64,000 bases of DNA from the NCBI GenBank assembly GCA_947475845.1, contig CANJMO010000005.1, positions 11,676 through 75,675 of the forward strand, given 5' to 3'. The first letter of the stretch is position 1. The number at the start of each line of letters is the position of its first letter. Shown here one piece after another: positions 22,355 to 32,120 of the stretch. Source of the stretch: Caulobacteraceae bacterium (GTDB lineage: Bacteria; Pseudomonadota; Alphaproteobacteria; Caulobacterales; Caulobacteraceae). The notes under the pieces were generated by a model. The model ran no database searches, had not been told where the DNA came from, and worked only from the letters and a program-made list of their open reading frames with translations. The position numbers and the translations under genes are program-made.

Positions 22355-22693
22355 GCCATTGTCCTCGCCAGGGGCCCCGAGGTGGATTTAGCCTGATTGC
22401 ACAGGCGCGTCACGACAGGCCAGGTAAGGTGGGACAAGATTAACCGCATCTGAACCGGGCGCACCCTGCTGGAAATTTGGGCAATCGCCCAAATATTGGG
22501 CAAGTTCAGGGCGAATGGGCGACGACCTGGAGCGGAACCAAAGAACGCCTGCCGTTTTGACGGCTGGCGCATGATTTGAAAATTGCCCAAGGTCCGAAAA
22601 GAGCACGGACTTTCAGAGAAGACGGTAAATATTTTGACGGCTCCCGCCAAACGCATCGATCCCGCTTCCGATCCGCAAGGCGCGGATACGCCC

Positions 22694-24334
22694 ATGTATG
22701 ACGAGATGTTCAAGACCGACGGATCGGTCCGTCCGGCCTACGCCTCGCTCAACGACCACATCTCCACCCTCTCGCCCGAGGAACTGGGCGACCGGCAGAA
22801 GACGCTGGAGCGCTCGTTCCTGCTGCAGGGGATCACCTTCACCGTCTACGGCGCCGAAAGCGCCACCGAGCGGATCATCCCCACCGACCTGTTCCCGCGC
22901 ATCATCGACGCCAAGACCTGGTCGCGGATCGAGACCGGGCTGGAGCAGCGCCTGAAGGCGATGAATCTGTTCCTGGCCGACATCTACGGCCGCCAGACCA
23001 TCATCAAGGACGGGGTCATCCCGCGCGACCTGATCCTGGGCGCGCCGTCCTACCGCCGCGAGATGATGGACCTGTATGTCCCGCACTCGGCCTACGCCAA
23101 CGTCTGTGGCACCGACCTGGTGCGCAACGAGTTCGGCGACGTGATGGTGCTGGAGGACAATCTGCGGGTGCCGTCGGGCGTGTCCTACATGCTGGCCAAC
23201 CGCGACGCTTCCAAGCGGACCTTCCCCGACGCGTTCGGCGCGGCCCGCGTACGGCCGATCGAGAATTATCCCGACCTGCTCCTGGCCACCCTCAAGAGCA
23301 TGGCCTCCGAATGGCGCGCCACGCCCCAGGTCGTGGTGATGACCCCCGGCGTCTACAACTCCGCCTATTTCGAGCACGCCTATCTGGCGCGCCTGATGGG
23401 GGTGCCGCTGGTCGAAGGCCGCGACCTCGTGGTCCACGACAACATGGTCTACATGCGCACCGCGCTGGGCCTGCGCCGGGTGGACGTGATCTACCGCCGG
23501 GTGGACGACGACTTCATCGACCCCCTGACCTTCCGCCGCGACTCGTCCCTGGGCGTGGCCGGTTTGTTCAACGCCTATCGCGCCGGCTCGGTGGTGATCG
23601 CCAACGCTCCGGGCACCGGGGTCGCGGACGACAAGGCGGTATATGCCTACGTTCCCGATATCATCCGCTACTACCTGGACCAGGACGCGATCCTGCCCAA
23701 TGTGAAGACGCACCTGTGCCGCGAGCCGGTGGCTCTGCAGCACACCCTGGCCAACCTCGACAAGCTGGTGGTCAAGGCGGTGGGGGCATCGGGCGGCTAC
23801 GGCATGCTGATCGGGCCCCACGCCACGGTCGCCGAGCGGGCCGAGTTCGCCGAGCGGATCAAAGCCGACCCAGCCAACTACATCGCCCAGCCGACCCTGA
23901 AGCTGTCGACCGCGCCGTGCCTGATCGACGGCCATATCGAGTCGCGCCACGTCGACCTGCGGCCGTTCATCCTGTCCGGGGCCAAGACCGTGGTGACGCC
24001 GGGCGCCCTGACCCGGGTGGCGCTGACGCGCGGCTCGCTGGTGGTGAACTCCAGCCAGGGCGGCGGATCGAAGGATACCTGGGTGCTGTCCGACACCCCG
24101 GCGAAGATGCTCCGTCAACGGAGCAACCGGCATGATGCTCGCCCGGGTCGCCGACAGCCTGTACTGGATCGGCCGCTACATCGAACGCGCCGAGCACTTC
24201 TGCCGCCTTTCGGATGTGATGCTCAACGCCGCGGTGGACCGCACCGAGTCCGCGCGCCAGGCGGCCCGTATCGCCATCAGCGCGCTGGGCGAAGACGACG
24301 TCGACATGCAGAAGGTGATCGAGCGTCCGGCTGA
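22694..24334 (+). CDS. circularly permuted ATP-grasp type 2 protein (DUF404/DUF407); 3' end doubtful
   Basis: MYDEMFKTDGSVRPAYASL..GITFTVYG..IPTDLFPRII..NAPGTGVADDKAVYAYVP..SSQGGGSKDTWVL. After TWVL the frame runs about 200 nt into the next gene as an Arg-rich tail. The native stop is probably the TGA at 24133..24135 in another frame. Confidence 0.8.
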   Translation: MYDEMFKTDGSVRPAYASLNDHISTLSPEELGDRQKTLERSFLLQGITFTVYGAESATERIIPTDLFPRIIDAKTWSRIETGLEQRLKAMNLFLADIYGRQTIIKDGVIPRDLILGAPSYRREMMDLYVPHSAYANVCGTDLVRNEFGDVMVLEDNLRVPSGVSYMLANRDASKRTFPDAFGAARVRPIENYPDLLLATLKSMASEWRATPQVVVMTPGVYNSAYFEHAYLARLMGVPLVEGRDLVVHDNMVYMRTALGLRRVDVIYRRVDDDFIDPLTFRRDSSLGVAGLFNAYRAGSVVIANAPGTGVADDKAVYAYVPDIIRYYLDQDAILPNVKTHLCREPVALQHTLANLDKLVVKAVGASGGYGMLIGPHATVAERAEFAERIKADPANYIAQPTLKLSTAPCLIDGHIESRHVDLRPFILSGAKTVVTPGALTRVALTRGSLVVNSSQGGGSKDTWVLSDTPAKMLRQRSNRHDARPGRRQPVLDRPLHRTRRALLPPFGCDAQRRGGPHRVRAPGGPYRHQRAGRRRRRHAEGDRASG

Positions 24335-25088
24335 GGTGGTCCGGGCGCTGGTGTTCGACCGCGACAACAACTCCTCGGTGGTCACCTCCCTGGCCCGCGC
24401 CCGCGAGAACGCCCGCCAGGTGCGCGACCAGATCACCACCGAAAGCTGGGAGCGGCTGAACCTGCTCTATCTGCGTGTCACCGGCCCCAACGCCGAAAGC
24501 GCGTTCGAGCAGGGTTCGTCGGTGTTCCTGCACGAGATCATCGCCGACCTGCACCTGTTCAAGGGCGCCTCGGACGCCACCATGAGCCACGGCGAGGGCT
24601 GGCGGTTCCTGCTGACAGGAGTCTATCTGGAGCGGGCCCAGCTGATCGCGCGTCTGCTGGACGTGTGCTTCGGCGACGCGGCGGGCGGCTATCTGCTCAA
24701 CGACCACTACGCCCAGCTGAGCGTGCTGAGGATGGCCTGCGCGCTGGAGCCCTATCTGCGGGTCTACACCGCCGAGCTGCAGCCGCGCCTGCTGATGCAG
24801 TTCCTGCTGTTCGACGAGGAATTCCCGCGCACGATCCGGTTCTGCGCCGCGCGGGTGCAGGAGCATCTGATCCGCGCGGCCCGCTATGCCGAGGTGTCCG
24901 AGGGCGTCAGTCCGGAGCGCATCGCCGGGCGGCTCAGCGCGCGTCTGGAGTTCGCCGAGTTCGACGAGGTCGCCCAGATGGGCGCCTCGGCCTATCTCGC
25001 CACCATCGTGCAGGAATGCGCGCGCATCCACGAGGCGGTCTACGAGGCGTTCGTCGCCTATCCGCTCGAAAACCGACTACCGGCTTAA
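24132..25088 (+). CDS. alpha-E domain protein (DUF403)
   Basis: MMLARVADSLYWIGRYIERAE.. is the characteristic alpha-E N-terminus, and it always partners the cpATP-grasp. Confidence 0.87.
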   Translation: MMLARVADSLYWIGRYIERAEHFCRLSDVMLNAAVDRTESARQAARIAISALGEDDVDMQKVIERPAEVVRALVFDRDNNSSVVTSLARARENARQVRDQITTESWERLNLLYLRVTGPNAESAFEQGSSVFLHEIIADLHLFKGASDATMSHGEGWRFLLTGVYLERAQLIARLLDVCFGDAAGGYLLNDHYAQLSVLRMACALEPYLRVYTAELQPRLLMQFLLFDEEFPRTIRFCAARVQEHLIRAARYAEVSEGVSPERIAGRLSARLEFAEFDEVAQMGASAYLATIVQECARIHEAVYEAFVAYPLENRLPA

Positions 25089-25096
25089 GGTCCTCA

Positions 25097-26077
25097 ATGC
25101 TTCTCGAGATCCGCCACGTCACCGAATACCACTACGCCGGCTCCGTCTGCGAAAGCGTGATGGAGCTGTGGATGCAGCCGCAGAAAAGCGGCTCGCAGCG
25201 TCTGGTCTCGTTCGAGCTCGACCTGGAACCGCCCGCGCGCCTGTTCTCCTACGCCGACAGCTTCGGCAACGCAGTCTACCATTTCGATGTTCGGCAACCG
25301 CATAACTCCCTGCGCATCGAGGCCCGGTCGGCGGTGGAAACCAACCCCCGCGTCGACCTGCCGGAGGCCCTCGACATGGGCGAATGGCAGCGGCTGAAAA
25401 GCGAGTTCGTCATGGCCGACGGGTTCGAGTTCCTGAAGCCGCACGGCTATGCGATACGCACCCCCGCTCTGACCGAGTTCATCGCGCAGAAGAAGCTGGA
25501 CGAGCTGAAAAAGTTCGATCCGCTGACCGCCGTGCGCAAGCTGAACCAGGCGCTGTACGAGAGCTTCGACTATGCCCCGGGCGCGACCGAGGCCGACAGT
25601 CCGATCGATCTGGCTCTGGAATCCGGCAGCGGCATCTGCCAGGACTTCAGCCACATCATGCTGGCCATCTGCCGCTCGTGGGGCATGCCAGCGCGTTATG
25701 TGTCCGGTTATCTGTTCACGGACTCATCGGAAGGCGACCGTTCGGACCCCGACGCCACCCACGCCTGGGTCGAGGTGTTCCTCCCGTCGTTGCGTTGGGT
25801 TGGGTTCGATCCGACCAACAACATGCTGGCGGGCGAGCGCCATGTTTCGGTGGCGATCGGCCGCGACTATGCCGACGTGCCGCCCTCGCGCGGGGTCTAC
25901 AAGGGCGACGAGGACAGCCAGCTGGTGGTCGGGGTTTCGGTGCGTCAGGCCCGCTCGATCTCGGCCGATCCGGAGTTCATGCGCCTGCCCAAGCCGGTGT
26001 TCACCAACGACGCCCGCCGCCGCTCCGAACTGGCCCACCAGGAGCAGATCCACCAGCAGCAACAACAGCAGCAGTAG
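25097..26077 (+). CDS. transglutaminase family protein (Bact_transglu_N + transglutaminase core)
   Basis: MLLEIRHVTEYHYAGSV.. N-terminal domain. Catalytic-type GICQDFSH..H..D core (..SGICQDFSHIMLAICR..THAWVEVF..GFDPTN). Ends in a Gln run. Confidence 0.88.
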   Translation: MLLEIRHVTEYHYAGSVCESVMELWMQPQKSGSQRLVSFELDLEPPARLFSYADSFGNAVYHFDVRQPHNSLRIEARSAVETNPRVDLPEALDMGEWQRLKSEFVMADGFEFLKPHGYAIRTPALTEFIAQKKLDELKKFDPLTAVRKLNQALYESFDYAPGATEADSPIDLALESGSGICQDFSHIMLAICRSWGMPARYVSGYLFTDSSEGDRSDPDATHAWVEVFLPSLRWVGFDPTNNMLAGERHVSVAIGRDYADVPPSRGVYKGDEDSQLVVGVSVRQARSISADPEFMRLPKPVFTNDARRRSELAHQEQIHQQQQQQQ

Positions 26078-26085
26078 GCGCCCGC

Positions 26086-27030
26086 CTAGGTCTTCCTCGC
26101 CAGCGGGTGATTGTCCTGCACCACCTGCTTGAGCCGATCCTCGGCGACGTGGGTGTAGATCTGGGTGGTGGCGATGTCGGCGTGGCCGAGCAGGGTCTGC
26201 ACGGCGCGCAGATCGGCGCCGCCTTCCAGCAGGTGGGTGGCGAAGGCGTGGCGAAGGACGTGGGGGCTGACCCGCGCCGGATCGATCCCCGCCACCATCG
26301 CCGCCTCGTCCAGAAGCTGGGCCATGCGCCGGGCGGTCAGCTTGCCGCCCGCGCCGCGCGAGGGGAACAGCCAGGGATTGTCCTTGCTCGGAGCATTCTT
26401 CACGGGCTTGGGCAGGAACTGCTCACGCACCGGCAGATAGGCTTTCACGGCCTGGCGCGCAGCGTCGTTCAGAGGCGCCAGGCGCTCCTTGCCGCCCTTG
26501 CCCTTGACGATCAGATAGGCCGGATCGCGAGCCAGGCTGCTGAGGGTCAGGGCCAGCAGTTCGGAGATGCGCAGGCCCGAGGCGTAGAGAATCTCGATCA
26601 TGCAGGCCAGGCGCAGGCCCGAGTCGCCGTCGCGCGCGGCCGCCGCCGCGATCAGGCCCTCGACCTCGGCCCGCGACAGCACCTTGGGCAGGGAGCGGCC
26701 CTTCTTGGGCGCATCGACCCGGCGCGAGGGGTCGTCCTTGCGCCAGCCCTCGCCGAGCACGAAGCGGTAGAACTGGCGTACGCTGGCGCGCCGCCGGGCG
26801 GCGGTGGCTGGGGCGAGGCCGCGCGCGCCTATGTCTTGGAAGTAGGCCTCTATGTCCTCGTCGGCTGCGTCTGACAGGCTAAGGCCTTTGCCGGCCAGGA
26901 AACCGGAGGCGTCGGTCAAATCCTTGGCGTAGGCCATCAAGGTGTTGCGGGCCGCCGAACGCTCGACCGCCATCATCTCGAGAAAGGCGTCGGACCAGTC
27001 CGCGCCCTTGCCCTGATGGTCAGTTGCCAC
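26086..27030 (-). CDS. xerD: site-specific tyrosine recombinase XerD
   Basis: FLEMMAVERSAARNTLMAYAKDL.., ..LYASGLRISELL.., HVLRHAFATHLLEGGADLR.VQ.LLGHADIATTQIYTHV. Start is uncertain: GTG at 27030 (overlaps the upstream gene by 11 nt) or ATG at 26976. Confidence 0.88.
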   Translation of the reverse strand: MATDHQGKGADWSDAFLEMMAVERSAARNTLMAYAKDLTDASGFLAGKGLSLSDAADEDIEAYFQDIGARGLAPATAARRRASVRQFYRFVLGEGWRKDDPSRRVDAPKKGRSLPKVLSRAEVEGLIAAAAARDGDSGLRLACMIEILYASGLRISELLALTLSSLARDPAYLIVKGKGGKERLAPLNDAARQAVKAYLPVREQFLPKPVKNAPSKDNPWLFPSRGAGGKLTARRMAQLLDEAAMVAGIDPARVSPHVLRHAFATHLLEGGADLRAVQTLLGHADIATTQIYTHVAEDRLKQVVQDNHPLARKT

Positions 27031-28489
27031 GCGGCTGCCGGCGGCGGACCGGCTTTTTGGGCGGCGGCGGAGGCGGCGGCGGAGGCGGGGGACGCAGTTC
27101 CAGCATGCCTTCCAGCGCATAGATGCGCGCATCGTCTTTGAAGCCGGCGCGGTTCAGGGCCCGCACGATCCGAGCCCGGTCGGCCACGGTCGGCCCTGCC
27201 GGACCGGCGTCGGCGGCCAGCCACAGGGCCAGCAGGGCGGCGTCGCCCTTGGCCCCGCCGGTGGCGGTGGCGTCCATCTCCAGCAGGCGGCCCTGGTTGG
27301 CAGTGGACCGGCCGATGTCGAAGGTGGCGAACACCGCGCGCACGCGGGCGTCGGCCGGAGCACCCGCTGCGGCGTAGAGCGCGGCGCCGCCCATGGCCTC
27401 GTTACCTCCGGCCTGGCCGGAGGAGACCAGTCGGTCGGAGATGTCGGGCGTCAGGCGGTTGTCGGCCAGGGCCAGGGCGGCGTCGCGGATCGCCGGATCG
27501 AGGGTGGAGGCGCGCGAGGTGTCGTTGACCGGCATGGCCACGCGAGTGGCGGCGGCAGCCTGGGCGCTGAGCGGCGCGGCGAGATCCTTGGCCACGATCG
27601 GCGGGATCGGGGCCCAGGCGTTGGCCATGGCCGGACCCATCTCCAACTGAAGGCGGCGCGACAGGGCGTATTCGATGCCGTTGCGCAGGGAGGCTTCTCC
27701 CGCCGGAGCGCCGGACACCGCCGCGCTCATCAGGCGCTTGTAGACGTCGTCCTTGGCCTGTTCGGCGGTCAGGTCGTAGGCCAGTTGGGCGCCGGCCTTG
27801 TCGCCCGCGCGCATCAGGCAGAACACCCGCAGCCGCCGGAAGTAGGGCTGGTCCTTGCCGACGTTGAGCATGTCGCCGATGGCGCAGGCCTCTTCCTCGC
27901 GGCCGAGCACGAGATCGGTTTCCGCCGCCACCTGAGCCAAGGCCGCGTTCTGGCGCAGCCCAGGGGTGTATTCGATCATGGCGCGGGCGCCGGGGGCGTC
28001 GCCGAGGGCCAGTACTGCGCCGATGCGCGCCGCGGCCAGGTCGGTGTCCTCGCCCGCGCCCTCGGGGGCGGCGGCTCCGGTGGACATCAGACGGCGGGCG
28101 AAGGCCGCGGCGGCGGGGCTGAGCGGCTTTTGCGAGAGTTGCGGGATGACCAGCCGCGCCAGGCCGTCGGAGGTTCCGCGCCACAGATCGCCCGGCAGGC
28201 CGGTGTTGAAGGCTTCGGCGGAGAACAGGTCCGGCGCCTGCAGCGGCGCGGCCTGCACGGCGACCGGCGGCGGCGCGGTCAGCACCGGCGGCGGCGCGGG
28301 CGGCGGCGCGGTCGAAAGAGGCCCATCCACCGGCGGCAGGACCATCGGCGCAGGCGTCCCGGCAGGCGCAGGATCGGCCAGGGGCGGCAGAGCCAACTGA
28401 GCGGACGCGGGACCGCCCACGGCCAGGGCGCCAAACACAGCCAAGGAAACGGGCGCAAAGCCGAAACGGAGCGCGGACATCGGTTTCAT
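27020..28489 (-). CDS. secreted hypothetical protein, Ala/Pro-rich with alpha-helical repeats and a C-terminal polyproline-basic tail
   Basis: Signal peptide MKPMSALRFGFAPVSLAVFGALAVGGPASA. Ends in 11 consecutive Pro then KKPVRRRQPRGN. I recognise no family. Confidence 0.55.
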   Translation of the reverse strand: MKPMSALRFGFAPVSLAVFGALAVGGPASAQLALPPLADPAPAGTPAPMVLPPVDGPLSTAPPPAPPPVLTAPPPVAVQAAPLQAPDLFSAEAFNTGLPGDLWRGTSDGLARLVIPQLSQKPLSPAAAAFARRLMSTGAAAPEGAGEDTDLAAARIGAVLALGDAPGARAMIEYTPGLRQNAALAQVAAETDLVLGREEEACAIGDMLNVGKDQPYFRRLRVFCLMRAGDKAGAQLAYDLTAEQAKDDVYKRLMSAAVSGAPAGEASLRNGIEYALSRRLQLEMGPAMANAWAPIPPIVAKDLAAPLSAQAAAATRVAMPVNDTSRASTLDPAIRDAALALADNRLTPDISDRLVSSGQAGGNEAMGGAALYAAAGAPADARVRAVFATFDIGRSTANQGRLLEMDATATGGAKGDAALLALWLAADAGPAGPTVADRARIVRALNRAGFKDDARIYALEGMLELRPPPPPPPPPPPKKPVRRRQPRGN

Positions 28490-28551
28490 TCTCTCTGCCA
28501 TCAGCGCCACTTGGTGCTGATCCGGCCCATCGTGTAAAGATCGCGGCCCTT

Positions 28552-29121
28552 ATGGAAAAGCCCGCAACGCCCGATCCGACCCAACACCCGGCGCTCCGCA
28601 GCCGGACCCTCGTGCTCGTGGGCATGATGGGCGCGGGCAAGTCGTCAGTGGGCAAACGCCTGGCGACGGCGCTGGACCTGCCGTTCCGCGACGCCGACGA
28701 GGAGATCGAGCGCGCCGCCGGCCGCACCATCAGCGAGATTTTCGCCCAGCGCGGCGAGGCCGAATTCCGCGAGGGCGAGCGGCGGGTGATCGCGCGGCTG
28801 CTCGATGAGGAGCCTCATGTGCTGGCCACGGGGGGCGGCGCCTTCATGAACCCGGAGACCCGCGCCCTGGTGGCCAAGAAAGCCATCTCGATCTGGCTGA
28901 AGGCCGATCCGGAGGTGCTGGCCAAGCGGGTGGGGCGCAAGGACACGCGGCCGCTGCTGCACGGCAAGGACCCGCGCCAGGTGCTGACCGAGCTTCTGGA
29001 GAAGCGCGAACCCAGCTACCGGCTGGCCGACCTGATCGTGGAAAGCGCCGACGCGCCGCACCAGGCCACGGTGGAAGTGATCATCGCGGCGCTGAAAGCG
29101 CGGCTGGAAGGGCAAGCATGA
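28552..29121 (+). CDS. aroK: shikimate kinase
   Basis: [28 protein letters not shown] is typical AroK. Confidence 0.93.
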   Translation: MEKPATPDPTQHPALRSRTLVLVGMMGAGKSSVGKRLATALDLPFRDADEEIERAAGRTISEIFAQRGEAEFREGERRVIARLLDEEPHVLATGGGAFMNPETRALVAKKAISIWLKADPEVLAKRVGRKDTRPLLHGKDPRQVLTELLEKREPSYRLADLIVESADAPHQATVEVIIAALKARLEGQA

Positions 29122-30230
29122 GCCGGACGATACGGGTGGGCCTCGGCGCCCGTTCCTACGACGTCGTTGTGGACCGCGACCTGATCGGCCGGGCCGGGAC
29201 GCTGATCAAGCCGCTGCTGCCGCGCGGGCGCACGGCCGTGGTGTGCGACGAGACCGTGCGGCGCCTGCACGGCGCGCAGTTGGACGACGCCCTGAAGGCG
29301 GCCGGCGTCCAGGCGTCGTGGATCGTGATGCCGCCGGGTGAGCAGACCAAGAGCTGGGACGGGCTGGCCGAGGTGTCGAACCGGCTGCTGGCGTTGGGGC
29401 TGGACCGGGGCGACGTGGTCACGGCGTTCGGCGGCGGGGTGATCGGCGACCTGGCCGGGTTCGCCGCCTCGATCTACAAGCGCGGCATCGACTTCATCCA
29501 GATTCCGACGACCCTGCTGGCCCAGGTGGATTCCTCGGTCGGCGGCAAGACGGCGATCGACACCGCGCGCGGCAAGAACTTGATCGGCGCCTTCCACCAG
29601 CCGCTGCTGGTGCTGGCCGACCTTGGGGTGCTGGGCACCCTGTCCGACCGCGAAGTGCGCGCCGGCTACGCCGAGGTGATCAAATACGGCCTGCTGGGCG
29701 ACTTCGAGTTCTTCGAATGGCTTGAAGCCAACGGCGGTCATGTGCTCCAGCAGCGGCCCGAGGCCCTGGCCCATGCGGTCGCCCGCTCGATCGAGATGAA
29801 GGCGCAGATCGTCGGGGCCGACGAGAAGGAAGCCGCCGCGCGGGCCCTGCTCAATCTCGGCCACACCTTCGGCCACGCCCTGGAATCGGAGACCGGCTAC
29901 GGATCGGCCTTGCTGCACGGGGAAGGCGTGGCGGTGGGCTGCGCCCAGGCGTTCCGCTTCTCGGCCATGCTCGGCCACTGCACCGCGCAGGACGCCGCCC
30001 GCGCCGAAGCAGGCATCGCGGCGGCCGGTCTGCCGACCCGGATGCAGCAGGTGAAGGGCGCCCCCTTCCCTGCCGACCGGCTAATCATGCACATGGCTCA
30101 GGACAAGAAAGCGGAGGGCGGACGCCTGACCTTTGTATTGGCCAAGGGCATCGGCCAGGCTTTCGTGGCAAAAGGCGTGGACGCTGAGGCGGTTCGCGCG
30201 TTCCTTCTCTCCGAAGGCGCCACCGCCTAA
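29118..30230 (+). CDS. aroB: 3-dehydroquinate synthase
   Basis: ATGA overlap with aro[44 protein letters not shown]. Confidence 0.95.
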   Translation: MSRTIRVGLGARSYDVVVDRDLIGRAGTLIKPLLPRGRTAVVCDETVRRLHGAQLDDALKAAGVQASWIVMPPGEQTKSWDGLAEVSNRLLALGLDRGDVVTAFGGGVIGDLAGFAASIYKRGIDFIQIPTTLLAQVDSSVGGKTAIDTARGKNLIGAFHQPLLVLADLGVLGTLSDREVRAGYAEVIKYGLLGDFEFFEWLEANGGHVLQQRPEALAHAVARSIEMKAQIVGADEKEAAARALLNLGHTFGHALESETGYGSALLHGEGVAVGCAQAFRFSAMLGHCTAQDAARAEAGIAAAGLPTRMQQVKGAPFPADRLIMHMAQDKKAEGGRLTFVLAKGIGQAFVAKGVDAEAVRAFLLSEGATA

Positions 30231-30251
30231 CTCACGGGGACTCACATCACC

Positions 30252-31544
30252 ATGACCGCAGCTATGGTCATCTTCGGCATCATCCTGCTGGCCACGCTCG
30301 GGGTCTCGGCCCTGTTCTCGGCGGCCGAGACCGCCCTGACCCGCGCCAGCCGCGGCCGCATGCACCAGCTGGAGCGCGACGGCGACCCCGGCGCCAAGCG
30401 TGTCAACAAGCTGCTGGCCGATCAGGAGACCATGATCGGGGCGGTGCTGCTCGGCTACAATGCCATCAACATCCTGTCCTCGGCGGTGGCCACCGAGTTC
30501 ATCACCAAGTCGATCCCCGGCGCCTGGGGCGTGGCGGTGGCGACCGTGGTCATGACCGTGCTGGTGCTGGTGTTCGCCGAGGTGCTGCCCAAGACCATCG
30601 CCATCGGCCGCGCCGACGACGTGGCCCGCGCCCTGTCCGGGCCGATGCTGCTGGTGGTGAAGATCTTCGGCCCGGTCATCTTCACCATCCAGTGGATCGT
30701 GCGCCAGATGCTGCGCCCGTTCGGCATCAACCTGGGCATGGAGACCGACGTCCTGGCCGCCCACGAGGAGATCCGCGGATCGGTGGAGTACCACCACTCC
30801 GAAGGCCTGGTGGAGAGCCGCGACCGGCAGATGCTGGGCGGGGTGCTGGACCTGGGCGACATGGACGTGTCGGAGGTGATGGTCCACCGCAAGAACATCG
30901 CCATGCTCGACGCCGACCTGCCGCCGCGCGAACTGGTGCGCCAGACGCTGGACGCCCCGCACACCCGCCTGCCGCTCTACCGCGACGACGCCGAGAACAT
31001 CATCGGCATGCTGCACGCCAAGGACCTGCTGCGCGCCCTGGCCGCCGTGGACGGCAATATCGAGGCCCTGGACATCGCCGCCATCACCCGCGAGGCCTGG
31101 TTCATCCCCGACACCACCAACCTGAAGGACCAGCTCAACGCGTTCCTGAAGCGGCGCATGCATTTCGCGCTGGTGGTCGACGAATACGGCGCCCTGCAAG
31201 GCCTGGTGACCCTGGAGGACATCCTCGAGGAGATCGTCGGCGACATCGAGGACGAGTACGACTCCGCCCTGCAAGGCATCCGCCGCCAGCCCGACGGCTC
31301 GGTCAATGTCGACGGCACGGTGACCTTGCGCGACCTGAACCGGGCGATGGACTGGGATCTGCCGGACGAGGACGCGGTGACCGTGGCCGGGCTGGTGATC
31401 CACGAGGCCCAGACCATCCCCGATCCCGGCCAGACCTTCATCTTCCACCACCACCGCTTCCAGGTCCTGCGCCGCCAGCGCAACCAGATCACCGCCCTGC
31501 GGGTGTCGCAGCGGCTGGAGGAGGCGGAGGAGAGCGAGGGTTAG
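30252..31544 (+). CDS. hemolysin-family membrane protein (DUF21 - CBS pair - CorC/HlyC)
   Basis: N-terminal TM domain with AETALT, CBS pair (VMVHRKNI..), and C-terminal transporter-associated domain. Confidence 0.88.
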   Translation: MTAAMVIFGIILLATLGVSALFSAAETALTRASRGRMHQLERDGDPGAKRVNKLLADQETMIGAVLLGYNAINILSSAVATEFITKSIPGAWGVAVATVVMTVLVLVFAEVLPKTIAIGRADDVARALSGPMLLVVKIFGPVIFTIQWIVRQMLRPFGINLGMETDVLAAHEEIRGSVEYHHSEGLVESRDRQMLGGVLDLGDMDVSEVMVHRKNIAMLDADLPPRELVRQTLDAPHTRLPLYRDDAENIIGMLHAKDLLRALAAVDGNIEALDIAAITREAWFIPDTTNLKDQLNAFLKRRMHFALVVDEYGALQGLVTLEDILEEIVGDIEDEYDSALQGIRRQPDGSVNVDGTVTLRDLNRAMDWDLPDEDAVTVAGLVIHEAQTIPDPGQTFIFHHHRFQVLRRQRNQITALRVSQRLEEAEESEG

Positions 31545-31547
31545 GCG

Positions 31548-32102
31548 CTAAGCCCTATCCAGCCGCCAAGTGTAGGCGGTCTCTTCGACGGCGACGCCGC
31601 CAACGCGGATGGTCTTCTTGGCGTGGCGCCAGCCGCCCAGGCGGGGATAGACGCCGAGGTTGGGGTTGTCCGACAGCACCCAGACGATCATCGATTCGTG
31701 GCCGTCGCCCGCTAGCTGATCGCGCGCCGCGCGGAACAGGCGGCGGCCGATGCCGCGTCCCTGAAACCCGTGCTGGACATAGAGCTCGTAGATTTCGCCG
31801 GGCACGCCGCCGCCGCCGTTGCGGGTAGGGCCGCAGCTGGCGTAGCCGACCACCTCGCCCGCGGTGGGTTCCACGGTGACGAAGTGGTGGACGCCGTGGG
31901 CGTGCATCATCCGGCTGCGCTGGCTTTCCTGCGAGTGGAGCCGCATGCGCGCCAGATAGGCCTTGGGCAGGATGCCGTCGTAGGTGAGGTTCCAGGTGTC
32001 GACCGCGACCCGCGCCATGCCCTCGATGTCGGCCCAGACGGCGGGGCGGACGATCACCCGCCGGGTCGGCGCTCTCACAGGGAAGACGAAGGAACGGCTC
32101 AT
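31548..32102 (-). CDS. GNAT family N-acetyltransferase
   Basis: ..VGYASCGP..IYELYVQHGFQGRGIGRRLF is the acetyl-CoA binding motif A. Confidence 0.8.
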   Translation of the reverse strand: MSRSFVFPVRAPTRRVIVRPAVWADIEGMARVAVDTWNLTYDGILPKAYLARMRLHSQESQRSRMMHAHGVHHFVTVEPTAGEVVGYASCGPTRNGGGGVPGEIYELYVQHGFQGRGIGRRLFRAARDQLAGDGHESMIVWVLSDNPNLGVYPRLGGWRHAKKTIRVGGVAVEETAYTWRLDRA

Positions 32103-32120
32103 GGTGTTCTTCTTATTGGC

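Noticed and set aside
22583-22693. TTG-initiated 37-codon N-terminal extension of the ATP-grasp protein
   Set aside because: The family N-terminus begins at MYDEMF.. (ATG 22694). The extension covers the AT-rich regulatory region containing a TTGCCCAA motif.
26035-26077. Gln run (HQEQIHQQQQQQQ) at the transglutaminase C-terminus as a functional signal
   Set aside because: It is a short CAG/CAA low-complexity tail after the end of the conserved domain. There is no evidence from sequence alone that it is more than a slippage product.
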